Assembly (NCBI GenBank): GCA_038225185.1
Contig: JBBRFA010000001.1
Location: 20,754 to 84,753 of the forward strand
Direction of reading: 5' to 3'
DNA from: Chthoniobacterales bacterium
GTDB lineage: Bacteria; Verrucomicrobiota; Verrucomicrobiia; Chthoniobacterales; DASVRZ01
Length of the DNA: 64,000 bases
Shown here: positions 52,204-60,767 of the stretch, piece by piece
Layout: every line of letters begins with the position of its first letter
Numbering within the stretch: position 1 is the first letter of the stretch
Made by a program: the position numbers and the translations under genes
Notes under the pieces: model-generated
What the model was told of the DNA's origin: nothing
The model's input: only the letters and a program-made list of their open reading frames with translations
Databases searched by the model: none

Positions 52204-52932
52204 TTATTTTTTCCGATGCCGAAAGAGGGCAAGCGAGCCGGCGATGCCGAGAATGGCAAGCGCGATGGAAGATGGTTCGGGGATGATGGTGTAGTTGAGG
52301 CTGCCTGCCAGCGTGGTCGTGGTATTGGAACCAGGGTTGGGACCGCCCGAGCCTGTGATGCCGCTAAGTGTTTCGTTGGAAAGAAAAGCAGAAGTGGGAT
52401 TCAAATAAGTCGCGACGAAGGAAAACGACTGGCCGCTATTCGGTGTAAGGCCCATGCTGGCGACGGAAAGACTGAAGGTGTAGCTCGTGGCATTATTGGT
52501 GCCGGGAGAAAGGGAGACTGCTTGCTGGAAAGTAAAATTGTTAGCGTTGTTGAGCTTCCAGACTCCACTAAAGACGGTGGGAATGAATGAGATGGCATAA
52601 TCTGCGGCAATGGGGAGATTGATCGTGGCCCGATTCGTTCCGTTGAAAGCAGAGACGGATGCACGATTGAGATCTGCGGTATCGGTAAAAGTCGCCGTGC
52701 TGGTAAACCCGCTTGCCTCGGAATCGATATAAATGACGAAGGCATCGTTGAAATTATCAGTGCCACGCGTAATGACTCCGGAGAGAGTCGAGCCATCATC
52801 GGTGAGGGTGAGCTGGCCTGCGCCGATCACACCGCCGAAACCGCCATTGCCGTTCCCAGCGAAATCGACGGCGAAAGCAGGAAATGAGATCAGTGAAACG
52901 AAGACAACGACAAAGGGGAGGATGTTTTTCAT
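52204..52932 (-). CDS. PEP-CTERM sorting-domain secreted protein
   Basis: 242 aa. Signal peptide MKNILPFVVVFVSLISFPAFA. Ser/Thr/Asn-rich beta-rich body. C-terminus IIPEPSSIALAILGIAGSLALFRHRKK is the P-E-P motif, a TM helix and a basic tail. Confidence 0.85.
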   Translation of the reverse strand: MKNILPFVVVFVSLISFPAFAVDFAGNGNGGFGGVIGAGQLTLTDDGSTLSGVITRGTDNFNDAFVIYIDSEASGFTSTATFTDTADLNRASVSAFNGTNRATINLPIAADYAISFIPTVFSGVWKLNNANNFTFQQAVSLSPGTNNATSYTFSLSVASMGLTPNSGQSFSFVATYLNPTSAFLSNETLSGITGSGGPNPGSNTTTTLAGSLNYTIIPEPSSIALAILGIAGSLALFRHRKK

Positions 52933-53031
52933 TGGGGGGAGATGATTTATGAAAGAAACCCGTCAAAACACCAAGCTATTATACTTGGAACAGTTTAATT
53001 GCGCGAAAAAACGAAAGCGGAAGCAATCAGG

Positions 53032-54951
53032 TCAAGCCGTTTCTGGGAAAGTGAGGTAAGTGTAATCCTTCAACCCTTTTTCGTAATGACCGAGCAGACG
53101 CATGGCTTCGTTGGGCTTGAGGCGATCCGTTTTAATGGCGGTATCGACCTGGACTTTGACCAGGCGGACGAGTTCGTTGGTGTCCCATTGCGTCATCCCG
53201 AGCACGTTGCCGATGGTGCTGCCGGCGATGGTTTCTTCGATGTAAAAACCATCTTCCTCATCCTCGTCGAGGAAGACGTGAGCTTCGTTGACCCGACCAA
53301 AAAGGTTGTGCATATCGCCCATGATGTCCTGGTAGGCGCCCATGAGAAAAAAGCCGAGGTAATAGGGCTGCCCAGGTTGCAATTTATGCAGCGGGAGCAT
53401 GCCTTTGACGTCTTCGAGATCGATGAATTTACTGATTTTACCGTCGGAATCGCAGGTGATATCGACCAGGGTGCCGCTGCGTTCGGGCGGTTGATCGAGA
53501 CGATGGATCGGCATGATGGGAAAGAGCTGTCCCAGAGCCCAGTGATCGAGGAGAGATTGGAAAACGGAGAAATTGCAGAGGTATTGATCGCCGAGAGCGG
53601 TTTCCAGGTCTTTGACTTCCTCGGGGACGTAGCGCAGCCCTTTGTTATGGCTGACGATTTCGCTGGCGATCTGCCAATAAACAGTGTCGATCTTGGCTTT
53701 GTGCTCAAGTTCGAGCAGGCCGAGATCAAACATGGATTGGGCTTGCTCGCGGATTTGTTGGGCGTCGTGCAGGCTTTCCATGCGGTTTTGGCGGGAAAGA
53801 GCGCGCTGGATTTCGAGAATGTCGGCGACTTGCTTGGGATCGTCGGCCTCGGTTTCCACGGCGACGGTGGATTTGCTTTTTTCGATGGAACCAAAGGCTT
53901 CGACCAGCAAAATGCTGTGATGCGCGACGATGGCGCGTCCGCTTTCGCTGACAATGGTGGGATGCGTGACGGATTCGGAATCGCAGACTTCCATAATGTT
54001 GTAAACGATGTCGCGGGCGTATTCCTGGGTGCTGTAATTCATCGAACTGTCGAAGGCGGTGCGGGAGCCGTCGTAATCGATGCCGAGGCCGCCGCCGACG
54101 TCGATGTAGCCCATGGTGTGGCCCATTTTGGCGAGTTTGGCGTAAAAGCGGGCAGCTTCGCGCACGGCGCGTTTGATGACGCCGATATCGGGCACCTGGG
54201 AGCCGACATGGAAATGGACGAGGCGCAGACAGTGGGCGAGACCTTCTTTTTTGAGAAGAGTGGAAGCCTCGACGAGATCGGCGGTGGAAAGGCCGAATTT
54301 GGCGTTTTCGCCTCCGCTGGTGGCCCATTTGCCGGAGCCTTTGGCCTGGAGACGCACGCGCAGACCGATCATGGGTTCGATGCCGAGTTCTTTGGAAACA
54401 GTGAGGATTTGCCGCACTTCCTCCAGTTTTTCGACGACCATGATGACTTTTTTTCCCAGGCGCAAGCCAAGCAGGGCGATCTGGATGAAGGCGGGATCCT
54501 TATATCCGTTGCAAATAATGAGGCTCTCGGGATCTTTGTGCGCAGCCAGGGCGGCGAGTAACTCGGGCTTGGAGCCGGCTTCGAGTCCGAAATGAAAGGG
54601 CAAACCGGCATCGACGATTTCTTCGACCACTTCGCGGAGCTGATTCACCTTGATCGGGAACACTCCGTTATAAATGCCTTGATACGCGGAATCGCGGATG
54701 GCGTCGTTAAAAGCCTTGTTGATCGTCTCGACCCGGTGACGCAACAAATCCTGAAAACGTATCACCATGGGAAAGGTGAGGCCGCGACTTTTCGCATCAT
54801 CGATGACCTCCATGATGTCGATGGATTTTTCTTTCTCGCGGGTCGGCATTACCTCGACGTGGCCCTTGGCATTGATCGAAAAATACCCCGTGCTCCAGCG
54901 GTCGATATTATAAAGGGAAATGGCGGAGGGAATATCCCAAGAGTCAGTCAT
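53032..54951 (-). CDS. speA: Biosynthetic arginine decarboxylase
   Basis: 639 aa. N-terminus YNIDRWSTGYFSIN, PLP-lysine context FPIKVNQ, and HFHVGSQ, typical of SpeA. Confidence 0.95.
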   Translation of the reverse strand: MTDSWDIPSAISLYNIDRWSTGYFSINAKGHVEVMPTREKEKSIDIMEVIDDAKSRGLTFPMVIRFQDLLRHRVETINKAFNDAIRDSAYQGIYNGVFPIKVNQLREVVEEIVDAGLPFHFGLEAGSKPELLAALAAHKDPESLIICNGYKDPAFIQIALLGLRLGKKVIMVVEKLEEVRQILTVSKELGIEPMIGLRVRLQAKGSGKWATSGGENAKFGLSTADLVEASTLLKKEGLAHCLRLVHFHVGSQVPDIGVIKRAVREAARFYAKLAKMGHTMGYIDVGGGLGIDYDGSRTAFDSSMNYSTQEYARDIVYNIMEVCDSESVTHPTIVSESGRAIVAHHSILLVEAFGSIEKSKSTVAVETEADDPKQVADILEIQRALSRQNRMESLHDAQQIREQAQSMFDLGLLELEHKAKIDTVYWQIASEIVSHNKGLRYVPEEVKDLETALGDQYLCNFSVFQSLLDHWALGQLFPIMPIHRLDQPPERSGTLVDITCDSDGKISKFIDLEDVKGMLPLHKLQPGQPYYLGFFLMGAYQDIMGDMHNLFGRVNEAHVFLDEDEEDGFYIEETIAGSTIGNVLGMTQWDTNELVRLVKVQVDTAIKTDRLKPNEAMRLLGHYEKGLKDYTYLTFPETA

Positions 54952-55103
54952 GCGCGGAAATTAAGTGATGCACGCTTGATTGCAAACGCTGGAATGAAAA
55001 AATACGGTGATATTACAGTGGAGGGAATCGTTGTTCGCCCGGAAGGAAAAAAGCGGATGGGATTGTGCTTTGCAGGCGGATGGGTTTTTCGCATTTTAGG
55101 GGC

Positions 55104-55988
55104 ATGACTCTTCTGGCCTGCGATCTCCCCGGTGTAACGAAACTTTGCTCTGGCAAAGTGCGCGAAGTCTTCGATCTGGGCGATGAAATCCTCCTCGTGG
55201 CGACCGACCGGTTGTCGGCCTTCGACTGCGTTTTTCCCAATGGGATACCAGGAAAAGGCGCGGTCCTGACCCAGCTCAGCCGTTGGTGGTTTGCGCAATT
55301 TCCGCAGGTGCCGAATCATTTTATCAGCGACGCGATGGAGGATTTTCCCAAGGAATTAAAGCCTTTTGCGGATCAGTTGGCAGGGCGTTCCATGTTGGTG
55401 AAAAAAACGCGGCCTCTCCCCGTGGAATGCGTGGTTCGCGGGTATCTGGCTGGATCGGGCTGGAAAGAATATCAGACCTGCCGCACCGTGGGCGGGCATC
55501 CGTTACCTCCCGGCTTGCAAAATGCCGATCTGCTGCCGGCGCCGCTATTTACCCCTTCGACCAAAGCGGCGAAGGGGCACGATGAAAATATCGATTGGGG
55601 GCAGTGCGTTGAGTTACTCGGAAAATCGCTGGCCGAGAAGGTGCGGGCGGCCAGTTTGGCGATTTACACGTCGGGTCTGGCCATCGCGGCAGAGAAAGGA
55701 ATTATTATTGCCGACACCAAGTTTGAATTTGGGTTATTGGGAGACGAATTGATTTTGATCGATGAATGTTTGACGCCCGATTCCTCGCGTTTCTGGCCTG
55801 CCGCGAGTTGGGCGCCGGGGGCGAATCCGCCGAGTTATGATAAGCAATTCGTGCGCGATTACCTGGAGACACTTGCCTGGGACAAGACCCCGCCAGCCCC
55901 GATTTTACCTGAGGAAGTGGTATTAAAAACGGCTGAAAAATATCGTGAAGCCTATCGGTTACTCACCGGCTCTACACTCGCGCTCTAA
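55104..55988 (+). CDS. purC: Phosphoribosylaminoimidazole-succinocarboxamide synthase
   Basis: Track ORF trimmed to ATG 55104. GKVREVFDLGDEILLVATDRLSAFD, ADTKFEFG and YDKQFVRDYL (long-form PurC). Confidence 0.95.
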   Translation: MTLLACDLPGVTKLCSGKVREVFDLGDEILLVATDRLSAFDCVFPNGIPGKGAVLTQLSRWWFAQFPQVPNHFISDAMEDFPKELKPFADQLAGRSMLVKKTRPLPVECVVRGYLAGSGWKEYQTCRTVGGHPLPPGLQNADLLPAPLFTPSTKAAKGHDENIDWGQCVELLGKSLAEKVRAASLAIYTSGLAIAAEKGIIIADTKFEFGLLGDELILIDECLTPDSSRFWPAASWAPGANPPSYDKQFVRDYLETLAWDKTPPAPILPEEVVLKTAEKYREAYRLLTGSTLAL

Positions 55989-57243
55989 GAACTGGCCCAT
56001 CCAGGCGCAGGCCCGAATCGCCCGGTTTGCTCTCGGCAAATTCGCGCTCTTTGCGCAACGAATCGAATTCCTTGCTAAGGCGGGTTTTTTGATTGGAGTA
56101 TAGCAAGGCGGTGTCCTCGGTGATCCAGCCTTCGCGGAAGGCTTCAAGGATTTGTTGATCGAAGGTATGCCAGCCCTGCGTGTGGCAGGAGGCAATGATT
56201 TCTGCAAAGCTGCGGCCTTCTTTTTCTCCGGTTAAAATGGCCTCGCGAGTGCTGAGATTGTGGCCCATCACTTCGGTGAGAAGGTGCCGTCCCCCGCCGA
56301 TTTTGGTGACCAGACGCTGGCTGACGACCCAGCGCAGGGTATCGGTAAGTCGTTGACGCACCAGGACTTCCTCATCCTTGTCGAACATCCCGAGGATGCG
56401 TCCGATGGATTGTCCGGCATCGATGGTGTGCAGGGTGCCGAGAACGAGATGTCCGGTTTCGGCGGCGGTGAGGGCGATTTCGATGGTGTCGCGATCTCGA
56501 ATTTCGCCGATGAGAATTACCTTGGGCGATTGTCGCAGCGAAGCTCTAAGGCCGGTGGAAAAATCGTGAAAATCGCGACCTAATTCGCGCTGGCTGATGA
56601 TTGAGCGCTTGATCGGGTGCACGAATTCGATGGGATCCTCCAGAGTGACGACGTGAATGGCGGAGTTCGAGTTTAGCTCATCGATGAGAGCGGCCAGGGT
56701 GGTCGTTTTGCCGTGCCCGGTCCGTCCGGTGACCAGAATCAGGCCATTTTTTTCGCGAATAATCTGGGAAAAAACCGGAGGAAGATTGAGTTCGGAGATC
56801 GATGGCACCGTGGCGGGTAATTTGCGAAGAACCATCGCAGGATGATTGTTGCGTCGAAAATAATTTACCCGGAAGCGAGCCATGCTCACTGAGTAACTGA
56901 AATCGCACGACCCCAGGGAATGATAATCCCAAGCGAGACGATCTTCGCCACCAGTCATGAGGAAAAACATTTCCTCGATTTGCTCGGCACTCAATGCCGT
57001 ATGTGGAGGATCGGTTTCCAAGGCGTGGATAAATCCGTCCAATTCGACATGCGGCGGATGACCGACCACAAAAAAGAGATCGCTCACATTCGCATGGCTG
57101 CGAGCCATGGCGACGAGAATCGCATCCATTTGCAGTCGTTTGAGAGCCAAAACAGACTCATCGACTTGCAAGCTGGCCGGTAATTCAGGGAGAAAAGCTT
57201 TCTGGCGGGTGTGTTTTTTGGAGCTGGCAGACTCTGAAGACAT
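55972..57243 (-). CDS. PilT/PilU-family type IV pilus retraction-type ATPase (orphan)
   Basis: 423 aa. Walker A variant GRTGHGKTT, Asp box VVTLEDPIEF, Walker B VILIGEIRD, His box TGHLVLGTLHT. About 50 aa of C-terminal extension. Confidence 0.8.
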   Translation of the reverse strand: MSSESASSKKHTRQKAFLPELPASLQVDESVLALKRLQMDAILVAMARSHANVSDLFFVVGHPPHVELDGFIHALETDPPHTALSAEQIEEMFFLMTGGEDRLAWDYHSLGSCDFSYSVSMARFRVNYFRRNNHPAMVLRKLPATVPSISELNLPPVFSQIIREKNGLILVTGRTGHGKTTTLAALIDELNSNSAIHVVTLEDPIEFVHPIKRSIISQRELGRDFHDFSTGLRASLRQSPKVILIGEIRDRDTIEIALTAAETGHLVLGTLHTIDAGQSIGRILGMFDKDEEVLVRQRLTDTLRWVVSQRLVTKIGGGRHLLTEVMGHNLSTREAILTGEKEGRSFAEIIASCHTQGWHTFDQQILEAFREGWITEDTALLYSNQKTRLSKEFDSLRKEREFAESKPGDSGLRLDGPVLRARV

Positions 57244-57300
57244 AAAATTGAAAATTAAAAGAGCAGTTTGCGGGCCACTAGCAACCCTTGACTTTTGGAA

Positions 57301-58119
57301 TTACATCAGTTTGCAGATCGGTTGGCAAATTCCACACCAGCGCGTCGTTCTCCCACCGACGGTGGCGGTATTCAGCGTCACTCCATGTTTTGGACAGCAC
57401 CCCTTGGCCGTCCAACGTTCGTGGAAAAGCCAGCCCCGGGGAGGTTCGCCGAACGTTTCGCCCGTGCTGTTGCCGATGGTTTTAAGCGAGATTTTTACCA
57501 CCTCTCGAATCTCGCGATAAAGTCGTGCGATTTCCAGCTCGGTCAGCGTCCCGGATCGTCGATCTGGCAAAAATCCTCCGCGCCAGAGTATTTCATCCGC
57601 CATCCAATTACCTATTCCCGGGAAAAATTCCTGCATCAGCAAAACCGCTTTTAACGGTGCCTTGCCTCTGCGCTGGAGCACCTCTCTCAGGCGGGCCTTC
57701 GTAAACGAACGCGCCGTGAGTTCCTCCGGCAAAACCTTCCACCACGCCGGGTCGTCGGTTCCCAACGTAAAACGCACCCGCCCAAATAAACGCGGATCGC
57801 GAAAAATCAACGCCCGCTCCCTTTGATAGATCACCAGATGATCGTGTTTTCCCGGCACGAAATCCGCCCCGGCCACGAGCAGCTCACCAGTCATGCCAAG
57901 ATGAATCCCCAAAGTCGCCGTGGATAAGCGAAACAACATCTGCTTCGCTTTCCGTTCCGAATCCACCAGCACCGCGTCCGTCAGCACCGCAGGCAATTTT
58001 TCAACTGCCTCGCCCCGAAAAATCCGCTTCGTCCCATGCACATGCACCCGGTCCACGCGTCCGCCAATCCCCGCTGACCAGCGTTTCCGAAAAAATTCCA
58101 CCTCAGCCAGCTCAGGCAT
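57301..58119 (-). CDS. mutM: Formamidopyrimidine-DNA glycosylase/endonuclease VIII family (Fpg/Nei)
   Basis: N-terminal catalytic MPELAEVE, an H2TH region GIGNWMADEILW, and a C-terminal zinc-finger-like CCPKHG...GGRTTRWCGICQ. Confidence 0.8.
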   Translation of the reverse strand: MPELAEVEFFRKRWSAGIGGRVDRVHVHGTKRIFRGEAVEKLPAVLTDAVLVDSERKAKQMLFRLSTATLGIHLGMTGELLVAGADFVPGKHDHLVIYQRERALIFRDPRLFGRVRFTLGTDDPAWWKVLPEELTARSFTKARLREVLQRRGKAPLKAVLLMQEFFPGIGNWMADEILWRGGFLPDRRSGTLTELEIARLYREIREVVKISLKTIGNSTGETFGEPPRGWLFHERWTAKGCCPKHGVTLNTATVGGRTTRWCGICQPICKLM

Positions 58120-58618
58120 CGCGCTTTTCCTCCCTGGCCGTCGCCCGTTTTTCCAGAAAAAAACTGCGCAACACCCCTTTGCATTCGTCTTCCCGCACTC
58201 CCGACGTGATCTGGCAGCGATGATTGAGCTGCGGCATTTGCAACAAATTCAACAGCCCACCCGCCGCGCCACCCTTGGCATCGCCGCACCCAAAAATCAC
58301 CCGCCGCAACCGCGCATGCACAATCGCCCCGGCGCACATCGGGCAGGGTTCTTTCGTCACATAAAGATCGCAATCGGTCAGCCGCCAGTCGTCCACCACG
58401 CTTTCTGCCTGGGTAATGGCCAGCATCTCGGCATGGGCGGTGGCATCCTTGAGCGTCTCGACCTGATTCGCCGCGCGGGCAATGATCCGACCTTCGCGAA
58501 CGACCACTGCGCCCACCGGCACTTCATCGGCCTCCGCAGCACGCCACGCCTGCCGCAATGCTTCTCCCATAAAATACTGATCGCTTGCCAGGTCGATGAT
58601 CGGTTCTTCGTTCCACAT
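58112..58618 (-). CDS. tadA: tRNA adenosine(34) deaminase
   Basis: VPVGAVVV, HAEMLAI and EPCPMCAGAIVHARLRRVIFG. The start ATG 58618 is preferred over 58660. The stop overlaps the fpg start by 8 nt. Confidence 0.9.
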   Translation of the reverse strand: MWNEEPIIDLASDQYFMGEALRQAWRAAEADEVPVGAVVVREGRIIARAANQVETLKDATAHAEMLAITQAESVVDDWRLTDCDLYVTKEPCPMCAGAIVHARLRRVIFGCGDAKGGAAGGLLNLLQMPQLNHRCQITSGVREDECKGVLRSFFLEKRATAREEKRDA

Positions 58619-58685
58619 GGAGAAATAAATAGACACGCATTTTTCGGATTGCGACACCATTACGCATCCGCTTTAATAGTGGACG

Positions 58686-59336
58686 ATGTATCCCACTCTC
58701 GTCGCGCCCAGTTTGCTGGCTTCAGACTTCAGCCGGCTCGCAGAAGAAATCCAATCGGTGGAGGCCGCCGGTGCCGATTGGTTGCATCTCGATGTCATGG
58801 ATGGTCATTTCGTCGATAATATCTCTTTTGGCCCTGCCTTCGTGGCCGCCACGCACAAAATCGCGACTGTGCCCACCGATGTGCATCTGATGATTTCCCG
58901 GCCGGACCATTTTCTGGATCGCTTTCTTCCCCACGCCAAAAACATCACCGTCCACCTCGAAGCCACGCATCCGGTGGGCGAAACTTTGCAACGCATTCGC
59001 GCTGCCGGACTTAGCGCCGGTCTGGCCATCAGCCCCGGGACGCCTTTTCCGGATGCTGCGCCGTTTTTGGAGCACATCGATCTTTTGCTGATTATGACGG
59101 TGCATCCTGGGTTTGGCGGGCAGGCTTTCATCCCCGCATCGCTGGAAAAAATCACCGCCGCGGCTAACTGGCGGGAAAAATTGGGGTATCGGTGGCCGAT
59201 TCAAGTCGATGGCGGCATCCAGGCCGACACGGCGCGCCTTTGTCGCGATGCCGGGGCGAGCATTCTCGTCGCTGGTAGTTCCGTCTTTTCCGCCACAGAT
59301 CGCGCAGCCGCCATCGCCTTGCTGCGCAGAAACTAA
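58686..59336 (+). CDS. rpe: Ribulose-phosphate 3-epimerase
   Basis: APSLLASDFSRLAEEI...LHLDVMDGHFVDNISFG...MTVHPGFGGQAF...VDGGI. Confidence 0.95.
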   Translation: MYPTLVAPSLLASDFSRLAEEIQSVEAAGADWLHLDVMDGHFVDNISFGPAFVAATHKIATVPTDVHLMISRPDHFLDRFLPHAKNITVHLEATHPVGETLQRIRAAGLSAGLAISPGTPFPDAAPFLEHIDLLLIMTVHPGFGGQAFIPASLEKITAAANWREKLGYRWPIQVDGGIQADTARLCRDAGASILVAGSSVFSATDRAAAIALLRRN

Positions 59337-59406
59337 AGGCGGGCGCATCATTGCTTGACGCCTTCGCCGGGAAACGGTATGTTATGGGCTAGTTATCCGA
59401 GAATGC

Positions 59407-59435
59407 AGAGTGGGAACGGTGTCCCACTCTTTTTT
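59407..59435 (+). terminator. Rho-independent terminator after rpe, upstream of nusA
   Basis: agagtggga(59407-59415)/tcccactct(59422-59430), followed by TTTTT. Confidence 0.65.
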
Positions 59436-59456
59436 GTCTCAACACAAAATTTTTTT

Positions 59457-60704
59457 ATGAACAGCGAGTTAATAGCCTACATTGATCATCTGGAACGCGA
59501 TAAGGGAATTAATCGCGAAGTCGTTCTCGAAGCGTTGCAGACAGCCTTGCTTTCGGCATCGCGGCGTTCTGTCGGGCCGGCGCGCGAAATGCGCATCGAA
59601 ATCGATCCCAAAACTGGCGAAATCCGCGCTTTGGCCAACCTCATCGTATCCGATCCAGTCCTCAACGAGCACGACCAAATTTCCCTCGCCAAAGCTCTGC
59701 GCGTCAAAAAAGACATTAAAGTCGGCGATGTCTTGGAAGTCGAAGTCACCCCGAAAAATTTCGGACGCGTCGCTGCCCAGACTTGTCGCCAGACCATGTT
59801 GCAACGTATTCGTCTGGCCGAAAAAGAAAATCTTTACGACGAATTTAAAGATCGCGCCGGCGAAATCGTCAGCGGCACCGTCCGCCGTTTCGAACGCTCC
59901 GATGTCATTGTCGATCTCGGTAAATTCGAAGCCATCATGCCGCAACGCGAACGAGTGACGACGGAAGATTATAACATCGGAGATCGCATTCGCGCCTACG
60001 TCGTCGCCGTGGAAAACGGTGCCCGCGGCCCCGAAATCATTCTTTCCCGCAGCCATCCCAACTTTATCCGCCGACTTTTCGAACTCGAAGTTAGCGAAAT
60101 CGCAGATCGCACAGTGGAAATTAAAGCCATCGCTCGCGAAGCCGGCTTCCGCGCCAAAGTCGCCGTCCACAGCGCCATCGATAAAGTCGATCCCGTTGGC
60201 TCCTGCGTCGGAATGCGGGGTGCCCGCGTCAAAAATATCGTTCGCGAGCTTAACAACGAAAAAGTCGATATCATTCGCTGGAGCGCCGATCCCAAGGAAT
60301 TTGTTTTGGAAGCTCTCAAACCAGCTAAAATCAAAAATATCCAGATCGACGAGACCCGCAAAGCCATGCAAATCACGGTGGATGAGGATCAACTTTCCCT
60401 CGCCATCGGCAAACGAGGCCAGAACGCCCGTCTTACCTCCCGCCTCACTGGTTGGGAAATCAACATTTCCAAAGGCGAATCCGCCGCCGATGTCTTCGAA
60501 AATCGCGTCGCCGCCGCTTCCAAAGCCCTTACCGAACCGTTGGGCATTACGGAAGTCGTTGCCCGTCAACTGGTAACGGGCGGTGCCAGCTCCATCGAGC
60601 TTTTAGCCGAATTGGAAGCTACCGACATTGCCGACATCCTCGGGATCGATCCCGAAGACGCCGCGCCCATTTTAGCAGCCGCCAAAAAAGCGCGCGGCGA
60701 ATAA
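59457..60704 (+). CDS. nusA: Transcription termination/antitermination factor NusA
   Basis: Track ORF trimmed to ATG 59457 (MNSELIAYIDHLERDKGINREVVLEAL). S1 domain GEIVSGTVRRFERSDVIVDLG, tandem KH domains (VGSCVGMRGARVKNI and AIGKRGQNARL), and a C-terminal HhH-like repeat. Confidence 0.95.
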   Translation: MNSELIAYIDHLERDKGINREVVLEALQTALLSASRRSVGPAREMRIEIDPKTGEIRALANLIVSDPVLNEHDQISLAKALRVKKDIKVGDVLEVEVTPKNFGRVAAQTCRQTMLQRIRLAEKENLYDEFKDRAGEIVSGTVRRFERSDVIVDLGKFEAIMPQRERVTTEDYNIGDRIRAYVVAVENGARGPEIILSRSHPNFIRRLFELEVSEIADRTVEIKAIAREAGFRAKVAVHSAIDKVDPVGSCVGMRGARVKNIVRELNNEKVDIIRWSADPKEFVLEALKPAKIKNIQIDETRKAMQITVDEDQLSLAIGKRGQNARLTSRLTGWEINISKGESAADVFENRVAAASKALTEPLGITEVVARQLVTGGASSIELLAELEATDIADILGIDPEDAAPILAAAKKARGE

Positions 60705-60767
60705 ACCCGCTACCATCTCAACCGGTGGCAGCATGAAACAGCACTTACTTTTACCTAATTTTTCTGA

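Noticed and set aside
52999-54561. 520-aa ORF on the plus strand
   Set aside because: Antisense shadow of speA, whose own translation is unmistakable. The composition is the same G/D/E/F/A-rich low-complexity type.
59469-60569. 366-aa ORF on the minus strand
   Set aside because: Antisense shadow of nusA.
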